A stretch of DNA of 63,973 nucleotides, the filler included, from Circinaria calcarea (lineage: Eukaryota), in the NCBI GenBank assembly GCA_051942165.1. It is 14 parts of 14 records of this genome, joined end to end, with 100 filler letters (N's around TTAATTAATTAA, not from the genome) between each part and the next. Parts side by side here need not be neighbours in the genome. Positions count along the whole stretch, not along the records: positions 45,811 to 50,279 come from JAVECS010002313.1; positions 50,380 to 54,845 come from JAVECS010002314.1; positions 54,946 to 59,410 come from JAVECS010002315.1; positions 59,511 to 63,973 come from JAVECS010002316.1; 10 more parts are not named here. One strand, given 5' to 3'. Position 1 is the stretch's first letter. Each line of letters begins with the position of its first letter. The translations under genes were made by a program, and so were the position numbers. This document shows positions 49,711-59,511 of this stretch, piece after piece. The notes beneath the pieces were generated by a model. It was given only the letters and a program-made list of their open reading frames with translations. It ran no database searches and was not told where the DNA came from.

Positions 49711-50379
49711 ACAGTGTAGTAATCATGAACTCGGACGGTTCATGACAGAAATTGCTAATCAGTCACCAGACTAGGTGGGCCATGTAAGGCTCACGTGGCT
49801 GTATATGATTCCAGCAAAATTGAAGGTATACCGAAATTGTGGGAGACCGCTGTAGGCACCGAACACATACAGAACAAAGCATTACGTTCCCAAATGCATA
49901 GATACTCAATTATTTTATTCCCGTCCCCAATTCTCAATGATGTTTAATGATCTCATCGGTTCCCGTTTACCTTCGCCAAAGAATATAACCAGCACAGTGA
50001 TATCGTCCCTACGTTTATTAGTTACGGTAATCCTGTCGATCTGCATTCTTCTCTCACCGAACATCTCTCGATAACGGCGGCTGAGCTGTCATTACACCAC
50101 ATAGAAGCTCCCTATCTCCGCCTCCAAAGGCGTTTTTAATAAGGTGAGTTGCAGCATTTTCATCCTCGACCACGTAGTCTTCCTCTTTAATCTGCCAATT
50201 CGCCCTATAGCCGGTAGATACTCTCTTTCTGGAGCCTATTTCAACATGTGGATCCTTGACGTCTAGTATTCCATTGCTANNNNNNNNNNNNNNNNNNNNN
50301 NNNNNNNNNNNNNNNNNNNNNNNTTAATTAATTAANNNNNNNNNNNNNNNNNNNNNNNNNNNNNNNNNNNNNNNNNNNN

Positions 50380-50511
50380 ATGCGCCACCTGGCAAGCGGC
50401 ATCCTGATATTTGGGCTTAGTAACAGGAAAAGCAATTAAAGACGAGGAATATCTACCCATCCCAACAATGGCAATCGGCTCAAAACATCGAGAACAGTCA
50501 TTGTAAGACAT
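50380..50511 (-). CDS. Start of an iterative type I reducing polyketide synthase (KS N-terminus); runs off contig
   Basis: MSYNDCSRCFEPIAIVGMG|CRLPGGA across a GTAGAT...ACTAAG...CAG intron. A KS domain at the extreme N-terminus (no SAT) implies an HR-PKS or PKS-NRPS. Confidence 0.85.
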
Positions 50512-51099
50512 CGACTCCGACAAGTTCTAATTTGAATTACTTAGTCAGTGGCTCATTTTAGGATCTAAAAATTCAAGGGCATTTTAACAGATAGCATTGA
50601 ACAAATAATATTATAAGAAAGCCAAACTTACCTTATTCTTGCTGAAAACCGTTCGATTGTTGGTGGCAGCTACTCCGTAATAGAATTCCCCTTGAAAATA
50701 GTTACCAGCTTCGGCATTAGTCACCGTAGGGGAGAGTGATTGAAGAGACGGGCTTTAGAACAGTGATTGAGACGCTTGGTTGTTTGTATAGTATAGATTC
50801 GTTTCGCAAGATAATGCTCCGAGTTTCCTGACTGTCCAGTTTGATAAATAGTAAGGCTGACAGCAGAAATGTCTTGGCCCGTGACAGTGCCACATTTGAT
50901 TCTCGGTCTTTTGTCCATCCAATTCTTCCGGGATGCTCGACCCTCACTCAGCCCCAGTACGAGAGAAGCACGTAGTAGGTAGTGTAACGCTACCCGTAGA
51001 GTCGCCGACCACAGCTTCCTCCAGGAAAACCGGGCCACTCTTCATCTAGAACACTAACCATGATCTTCGCGGTATCTGGTTTCCGAATGCTTGTGCATA

Positions 51100-51254
51100 C
51101 TGTGGTCGGATGGGTATCAGCTGTTAACGTCACGCTAAAGCCATTAAAATTCTTGGTTAATTGACTGATCTTACTGGTAGACAGCGAGGCTCTAGCTGCA
51201 TGGGGAATTGACTTACTAGTGCCGAGTTAACAGCTGATACCCATCCGACCACAG
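51100..51254. mobile_element. MITE-like element copy A (155 bp, perfect 29-bp TIRs, TA flanks)
   Basis: TA-CTGTGGTCGGATGGGTATCAGCTGTTAAC (51100-51128) ... GTTAACAGCTGATACCCATCCGACCACAG-TA (51226-51254). Confidence 0.8.
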
Positions 51255-51296
51255 TAGAGTCCGATCTCCATCGGGCGTACAGCCGTGGTTGGAATA

Positions 51297-51451
51297 CTGT
51301 GGTCGAAAGGGAAAATAGTGTTAGCTTGGCGCTAAAATCACTAAATTTTATGATTATTTGACCGATCTTACTGGCAGACAAAGTAGTTCTAACTGCATTA
51401 AGTGTTGATCTACTAATGCCACGCTAACGCTATTTTCCCTTTCGACCACAG
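51297..51451. mobile_element. MITE-like element copy B (155 bp, 28/29-bp TIRs extending to 34/38, TA flanks)
   Basis: TA-CTGTGGTCGAAAGGGAAAATAGTGTTAGC ... GCTAACGCTATTTTCCCTTTCGACCACAG-TA; aligns to copy A without gaps. Confidence 0.8.
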
Positions 51452-51985
51452 TAGTGATTGAAACAAGCCCCAGGATCTCCGAGCTGCTGATTCCAATGGC
51501 AGATGGCGCACACAGGAGGGTCATACAAAGGTGCCTTGGAGTGGCATGGGGTTGGGGAAGGCGCTAATGCACGACTCCGGAGTAATCATGATAAGGTAAG
51601 CGCTCACGCAAGATTAGGTTAAATCCTCCGTCCCGAGTACATCCTCAGGGATTCATGCCACGGGATTCGAGTGCGATCCTTCGAGTCAGCCGGGCTTTTT
51701 TTCGTTGGTTCTCGCCCTTCCAACGGCTCCACTCCCTCCTCTCTTGCATAGCCGGTTTCAGGAGGATCCGAGCTACCAGATGAGATGCAGCCCCAACTAC
51801 ATGCCACCGGGACTTGATAGGTAGATGATAGGTAGATAACAGCTGCCTGCGTCAAGCAATGTGGTTTATTTTACAGCGATGATTTGGACGATTTGTTACA
51901 TATACACGCATTCTTTCCTTTCCTTGGTTGATCTCTTTCATTGTGTATCCTCGTTGCGAACCATTCATCCCTTCCCTCCTTCAGC

Positions 51986-53314
51986 ATGCCGCCCCAACAG
52001 AGTATGGCGTCCTCGGAGAGCAATCCCCATGATGACCAGTCCCTTTCGGTAGTCCGTTCGGCCATTGCGAGCATGGTCCTTTGTATGTTCTTCTACTTCA
52101 CTCGGATCCTCTCTAGAAGGATCTCCAAGACAACTTTGATGGCTTCGGATTACCTCCTTTTCGGTGGCGTGATAGCATGCTATGTTATCAGCAGTGTGGA
52201 TCTCTGGGGCTAGCTACTCAACTTGCCCTTCGCTTCTCCCTGGCTGACTTGGGATGTTAGCTATTCGACTCGGGCTCGGCAGACATATCGAAGTGGTGGC
52301 GACGACTGATCCTACTCTATCCCAAGTTGTAACTATGCTAAAAGTACTTACTACTTCCATTCCATTGGCATAACAATGAACTTACCGAACGCGAAGTTCC
52401 TAATGGTCAATAATTGCTTTTATGCGTTTGGTCAAGTCACCGTTAAAATATCTTTACTCCTGCTATACCGCCATCTTTTCACCAGCAAGCGCCTGCACCT
52501 CTTGATCAATCTAATCGCAGCATTCACCTTAGCATGGGGAATTGCTTTCGTTGGGGTATCCATATTCTCCTGCAATCCCATTCATGCATTTTGGGAGTTC
52601 CAGCTACGACCTCAGTCATATTGTATCAACAACCAGAAGTTCTACGTTGCCATGGCCGTTCCCAATATCTTGGCGGACATAACCATTTTATGCATGCCTA
52701 TAAGGCAGGTTTGGAAATTGCAGCTTGATCGACGCTCCAAGGTAGCCTTGACCTTCATCTTCTTGCTAGGCAGCTTGTAAGATTATCCCATTCCCAACGA
52801 TTCGAAGTGGCCTGCACTGATACGGCCTAGTGTCTGCGTCGCTAGCATCATTCGCGTCACTGCCCTGTTCCAAATCGACAATGCAGACCCTACTTGTAGG
52901 TGGCTCAGGCCTGCCTAGGAATCTAATGTGAAAGGCTTCGCTAATCCGTACAAAAACCCAGATACTCTCGTCGGTATAGCGAACTGGAGTTCCCTCGAAT
53001 TTGCCTTGGCCGTCGTCAGCGCCAGTTTGCCTACCCTACGTCCGCTCGTGCTGAAGCTCAGGCCTACCTCGTGGAAGGGTGCGGTGACCAAGGACTCTCA
53101 CGGTAGTGGACCCAGTGACAGGCAGGGAGGCTCCCATAAAGAGGGTGTCTCAAAGCAGAGGCCGCGCGATGAATTTCTGCGGCTTCCAGACGGCGGTACG
53201 GAAGCTTTCGCGGTGCGCCATACACCTACCGACCTCGAGTTGGGAGATCGCCAACCGAACATGAAGAATGGTATCATGGTCACAAATGTATTTAGCACCA
53301 CGTCGCATAGATAG
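51986..53314 (+). CDS. PTH11-like / SAT4-like rhodopsin-domain 7-TM protein (no CFEM); 4 introns
   Basis: TRILSRR...ASDYLL, GLGRHI, VKISLLLLYRHLF, IFSCNPIHAFW, NILADITILCMPIRQVWKLQL..RSK, ASIIRV and WSSLE...VSASLPTLRPL. Confidence 0.88.
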
Positions 53315-54452
53315 TCCAGGAACTACTCAAGTTCTGCAGAGTACAGGTGATTTCAGACAATCAGGAGCAGGTGTTTATTATGCACACTGCCAAATGTCTG
53401 CCTAGGCAGTACGGATTTCCGGTGGCCTTTCAAAACCGAATTCGTATTGCCTGCCTGTTATCCAGGTATGCGTACATGGCTTCTTTCGGTAATTTTAAGG
53501 CTCGTAATTTTAGTCACGCGTTGCGAACATGCCAGGTCCGATCCAGAGCACCTTGCAAGTAGCACACACCTCCTTAAATCGAAATATCCCATGTCGTCGG
53601 TACAAATTCCTTCCGTAGGACGTAGTCCTGGAAAAAAAAACGGCCCCCAGAAACGCGCGCTAAACAAAAGTCGAAAAAAAGGCATGCATGAGTGTACAAG
53701 TATGGGTCCACCCAACCGAGTACCTCAAGCTGGGAATCGATGCCGGATTTTTTTTTCCCGCACACACACTCAATCCTCTAGCTTGAATGTGCCGCATTCC
53801 CTGGACCCGAGTGCTACTCAGAGGCCGTTGTGACGCTATATAGAGTTCACGTAGCGGCGTATATATGTGCGCAACCCAGTAGCCCTGAGATCGTCGGACT
53901 ACTCCAGGCCTAGAGGGGATTCCACAACAGGGCCTACGCCGCTTTTTCATTTCTGGCCTGAGCTGTTGTTGTGGCGCCATGGAGGTTGTGGATCAGTAAG
54001 ATGACCCTACGTCACGGCCGGCACCGTATGTAGGGCACGGCAGGTGATGGCGTACGAGGCCCTGCCGCATGGATGCAACATTATGTGCATCGAGGAAGAG
54101 CTGAATGTAAGACGCAAGCAATAAGCTGAAGTATATTCCTGAACCCCCGGAGAACCCAATTCGGCCAATTTTGCTGTGCCTGTGAACCAGTCCGGAAGAA
54201 GGCGATGCGGAGGCCTAGAGCATTGCTTTCACTAGCCAGAAACTCTATTTAGTAAGCTAAAACAAATTTGTACTCTCGAGATTTTCAATGGACCATGTTG
54301 CAACCTGAGTGGTCAGGAGCCAGTGAAGGAAATGGCACAAGGCTCATAGTCAAGAGGGAAGACGTTTTACAAGACTTTATCTTTCATAAATGATTCAACG
54401 TAGTTCAATCGATAACTTAAAGCTAACATTTCTACTCAGGTGAACACAGTAG

Positions 54453-54845
54453 TTAAGGCGCTACCGTAGAAGAGCCAATACCAGGGGTATCGGCTACTCG
54501 ATATACTAGTTTTGTAGCACTGACCTTGCCTGTACCCACGTCATTGATCCTAGCACCGTGTAAGTAAGAAGTAGAACGACGCAGTGTATAGAGCACTCCT
54601 TACCCATCGGGGATACCTTGCAAACCACCCTCGCGAACTGTGATGGGGTGTGTCTTGATCTTGCCCTCAGCCAAAAGCTTTGCGTTCAAACTCCAGAACA
54701 TCACTCCCATTTCGAAGTGATCCTTCATGGCAGGGAATGTGGTCCCAAACTTGTGGAACTCCTCGCCAAACGTGGTGTATGCGAGGATTGCTCGCGCGTT
54801 GACATCCTCACGCGGCCAGGTGTCCATAGGTAGCAATGCGACGCA
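54453..54845 (-). CDS. C-terminus of a LovC/ToxD-like enoyl reductase (MDR family); 5'-truncated; 1 intron
   Basis: ILAYTTFGEEF...KLLAEGKIKTHP..VREGGLQGIPDG|INDVGTGKVSATKLVYRV. Confidence 0.8.
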
Positions 54846-54945
54846 NNNNNNNNNNNNNNNNNNNNNNNNNNNNNNNNNNNNNNNNNNNNTTAATTAATTA
54901 ANNNNNNNNNNNNNNNNNNNNNNNNNNNNNNNNNNNNNNNNNNNN

Positions 54946-57005
54946 GCTTTCTTGTGATATCGAAGGGTTTTGTAAGGGCGGACGGAGAGATCGAGATCGT
55001 GCCAGAGGAGACGCTTGTCGTAGGAGCCGACGATGAGATTGTCTCCACCTGGATGGAGATCGAAGGAGGAGATCCAGCGGGCGCCAGGTTGGATGATCTT
55101 GAGTAGTTCTTGCTTTGAAAGATCGTAGCTACGAACCATACGTTGAGTCGCGACGAAGAAGATGGGTTTTGAGGGGTGGAATTGGGCAGATTGGGCTAAG
55201 CCTTTTAAGCGTCGAAAGGGAAGCTGGGTTAGGTGTTTTGAAAGGGTGTGAATGGCGACAGCGCTAGTTTCACCTTGAGGACAGACAGTGGCAAAGTATT
55301 CACCACGTCGGTGCCAAGAGATGACTTTGATGGTATTGCGAAGGGTTACTTTGATGAGGACACCGGACTCCTCAAGACGGCTTCCTGGACGAGCCCAGGG
55401 CGCTGCAGGGGCCTTCTTGGCTACGCCGTTAGTGATGCCATTCGTAGCATAGGACCAACCAGCATCGATTATTTCACGACTCGCTGCTTCTATTTCTGGA
55501 TCAACGACAGGAGGAACAGCTAGGAAGAGATCTTCTCCGGTAGCCGCAGACAGAATTGCAGCTTCATGACCAGGTCGCCAACGCACAACATTGACAGCTT
55601 CCTCACTTGCAAGCTTGACGGACCAGATTTGACGCCCAGTCAGTAGTTCCCACAGCCGGACAGTACCGTCATCACCGCCACTGGCAAGCCATACACCTGT
55701 AGGGTCAACCGCAAGACTTCGTACTCTACCTTCATGGCCCCGAAATATCGTCGCACAAGTAGTAGGAAAGGGTCTGAGCTCTTCAGGACTTGGTAACTTG
55801 GGAAGTAAAGATTCTGGATCGATGTTGAGCTTATTTCGGCGAACGCGCGGGGCAAGATAGAGATCCAAGCATCGCTCAAATTTCTCTTTTAAGAACTTAT
55901 CATAACCAGGTACTTTGCGCAACGAATCGTGACTTGTTGGTAAATACTCCTTATCCTTATCCTCGTCATCGGCCTCCTCCCATGCCTTCTTCTCCGCCTG
56001 ATCAGGCAAATATTCTGGCGGCGGATGATAGCTCTCATCGTAACCTGGTGGTGGTAATTTCGGTGCTGGGATGTTCATAGGATGGTCTGGTCGTGGGGCC
56101 TCGTTGGCCCATATATCATACCGTTTGATGCCTTGGTCTTCCTCGTCTTCTTCGGCAGGTGGCTTGTATGGTAGTATCCGACCCTCACGTATTGCACGAA
56201 CTATCTTCATTACTCGCTTGGCCTCATGCTTTGAGGGGATGAACCTCCGTTTGGGTTCTGGCGCCGCACTCAGGGGCATTATCTCGGTCTTGCTCGTAAA
56301 GTATTCAATCGTGGCTGGATATGGATCATAACCCTCTTCGGGAACTTCGTTCATCTGGATCCTCTTCAATACTTCGAGCTCCTCCTGACTGAGCTCCAAC
56401 GGCTTTCCGGTATCCGGATCGGTAAGTCCTGTCCACCCTTTTGGCATATCAATACTATCCAGCAAGGCATCCAATGCTTCTCCCTTGGCTGGCCGAGAAA
56501 TCTTCTTTCCGTTGATGTCATAGCCAATATGGGGATAGGAATCATAGAATGACAGCGGGATATCGCCGATGGTATTTATATTAGCGGGTGCATCCGAGTC
56601 ATCCGAGTCATAGACTGTGTTTATCTCCTGGTAAACGTATCGAGGGTTACCGTTCGCATCTGTAGAAACAGTGTAATTGGGTTTGTCTGTGTCCTCCTTT
56701 TCAATTCCAGCTTCGTCGTTTCTGGTAAGGCCCCGGCCAGTATTGTCCATGCCATTGAGCTCCGCCGCAGCCTCGCCCTCGTCTTCCGATTCCACATCGT
56801 CACTCTCGTCCTCATCCTCGTCAGAGAATACTGGTGCTTCGTCATCATCAATCTCTGAGTCTTCCTCGTCTTCACTGTGCGAGAATATGTCATTGAGTAA
56901 ATCCGTTCCAAAGTCGTCGCCACCATCACTTAAGACCACTTCCTCAGCTTCAGGCGAATCACGTGTAATAGCTTTGCGCTTCCGCACAGAGGTAATGGGC
57001 ACCAT
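54946..57005 (-). CDS. ERB1: Ribosome biogenesis protein Erb1/BOP1 (3'-truncated)
   Basis: [62 protein letters not shown] and WD40 repeats. Confidence 0.97.
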
Positions 57006-57057
57006 GCTGCCTTTTTATTAAATAGAGTTCTACACTGCCAACTTTCCTTTGAAGTCC

Positions 57058-57069
57058 AAAAATTTTTTT
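57058..57069 (-). promoter_or_regulatory. RRPE-like AAAAATTTT element upstream of ERB1
   Basis: AAAAAAATTTTT on the minus strand about 55 bp before the ERB1 ATG. Confidence 0.45.
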
Positions 57070-57373
57070 GAGAGGTTGCTCGGTGGCGGCCCAATTATTT
57101 ACCGCCGAGACAGCGTAAGATTAAATATGAAGCCCTATATTCGCTTACCCTGAATGCATTCAAATGGAGACAACCAGTATGACTAGTAATTATTTGCGAT
57201 TGATTTGAACCTGAGCCATATGGGATTAATAGTTATTCCGCCTGTACCATTGGACATTCCATACGAGTTGCCTTATTTGACGTAATAACGGAGCTCATTG
57301 AACAGGCATTAGAGATAAGCTGTTGCCTTTGCGGTCAAAAAAGACCAAATGATAACTGCTATTTGTCGGATAT

Positions 57374-59410
57374 CTACAGCTTTACACTCCGTATCAGGTC
57401 CTTCTTAATACCAGTCAATTCACCTCCATAACCCCCCCTCCCTTCCCCGCCCTTGTAAACTTGCCTGATGCTGCTTAACTTCTTCTTCTTATCTTCATAC
57501 TTCTTCCTCTTCTTGACCCTAGGATTTCTCACATCCTTCTTACGCTTCGGCGCCAGTCCCTTATTCTTCTGAATTGCATATGTAATTGCTCGCTTCCCAT
57601 CTTCGCCAATCTCTTCAACAACATGCACAACACCACCTTCCTTTGCAGCTTGTTGTTGCGCAGCAGCCAGAGCTGCCTTCTCTGACCTTTTTCGTTTAGA
57701 CCGACTAGCTACCAGGTCATAGTAGTCCTCTTCGCTATCTTCGCCTCTGATTTCTTTGGCTGCCTCATGGTCCTCGTCGTCGCTTTCCCCACCTAAAGCT
57801 TCACCTCTTGCGTCCTTTTTCTTCATACCCCTCGATTCGGCCTCTGCATTGAGCCTTGCCTGCCTGTCCCTTAATCGCTCGCGATGGGGTATGTCAGCGT
57901 CACCACCTGCATCTCGGCCGGCATTATCACGCTTGTTGGCTTTCTGGGTTATTTGGGAGGTATAGAATCGTAGTGTTTTCTTCCGCTTGGCTTTCTCGGC
58001 AGCTTCATAGGCAGTGAGTATTGTCTCATCTCCAAAATCAGAATCGGCTCCATCTTCAAGCTCTTTCTGGGAATCAGGCACTTTCGCCGGCTTTGATCGC
58101 CGGGAAGAAAGAGTCTCGAGGGTAGAGAGGTGCTTGAGATTATCTTCCGTCTGTTGGACTCTTGCTGCGCGACGTTTATCGGCTTCCATCTGAGCAGTTT
58201 CTGCTGCGCGCTGGGCCGCACTCTTCTTTTTTATCTTTGATCTCGCTTTGGCAGATTTTCCAGTAGATTGAGATCCATTTATACTGTTCACGGGAAGTTC
58301 GTCAAGAACACTGGTATTCCCAGAATTTTGCTTATCTTTTTCTACTAGCTCGGTAGGCTCAGGGACTTTAACATCTCTAACTTTCTGCCAAAGATTTCGG
58401 CATTGTATTAGAGTCTCCATAATGGGATGATCTCGGAGCTCAATTGGATTCATGGCTCTGGCCTTGCCATCTTCGTTCTCCACGTGAGACGAAAATATAG
58501 CAAAGTACATAGTCAAAGCCGCAAGATATCCGCTTAGAGCGTTGTATTTGAGAGGCGCGATGGAAGCTGGGTTGGGAGGTGCCGTGTTACCAGCATGATT
58601 AGCAAAATTATCACCAAGGTGTTCTTCGACAGACTTCAGTGCCGCAACTGCCAGTCTCAATTCCTCGTATGTACTCTGCAGTTGAAGAAATTCCTTTGCG
58701 AGAGGCTGGAACTCCGGATATCTTGTAGTCAATATCTTGGTTTTCTCCTCAGGTCCCATAGAATCTGTAATCTCCAGCTGGGGCAGTATTTCACTGATGA
58801 CCCCGTTCCTATCATCCTGGTCATCTTGTCCCTCCCCTTTGCTAGATTCTAGCCATTCTGTTTCGTCGAAGCCAAAATCCGCTTCTGTTAATCCTTGAAG
58901 ATGCTTCTTCTGCAATCTAATAGCTTCTGTCTCTTCTTCCAGAGCATCTGCTTCGGTCTCTATCACGTCTGCGTTGTAATAATCTCGCTTCGAAGTACCC
59001 CATCCGCCACTGTCTTCGTTATCAGCTGGTGCTGAAGCGTCTGAGCCGGAACCTCGTCGTGCACCCAAGACTCTCGATCTATCGAGTTCGAATTTATCTC
59101 CTGCGCTCTCTCTTTCTTCGTCATCTTCGTAATCGTCCTCAGACGAGGACGCTGCACCTGATCCTGCTAATACTTCCTCGTCCGAAGGCTCAAGAAACTC
59201 ATCTATCGTATTCTGTCAGATTCGTGGGCAAATACAATCGAACTATTCTAACCTGCTTCGTATATTTTCCGCTGTCTTTTTTGCGCAGGTCCCTCTTCCA
59301 GCAGTATCTTGTCTCGATTGATGAAGAACTCGTCCTCCGAGTCCGCCACATCTTCAAAGGTATTAATTCTCAGCTTCGCATTGCCGGGATTGAAGTCTTG
59401 TATGCTAGGC
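57374..59410 (-). CDS. SAS10: SSU processome component Sas10/Utp3 (5'-truncated); 1 intron
   Basis: FEDVADSEDEF, GWGTSKRDYY, DHPIMETL, LRFYTSQI, and C-terminal GKRAITYAIQKNKGL.PKRKKDVRNPRVKKR...YGGELTGIK..LIRSVKL. Confidence 0.96.
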
Positions 59411-59511
59411 NNNNNNNNNNNNNNNNNNNNNNNNNNNNNNNNNNNNNNNNNNNNTTAATTAATTAANNNNNNNNNNNNNNNNNNNNNNNNNNNNNNNNNN
59501 NNNNNNNNNNC

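Noticed and set aside
51100..51451. Repeat-spacer-repeat layout as a CRISPR-like array
   Set aside because: Only two 155-bp units, eukaryotic context and no cas genes; TIRs and TA flanks fit MITEs better.
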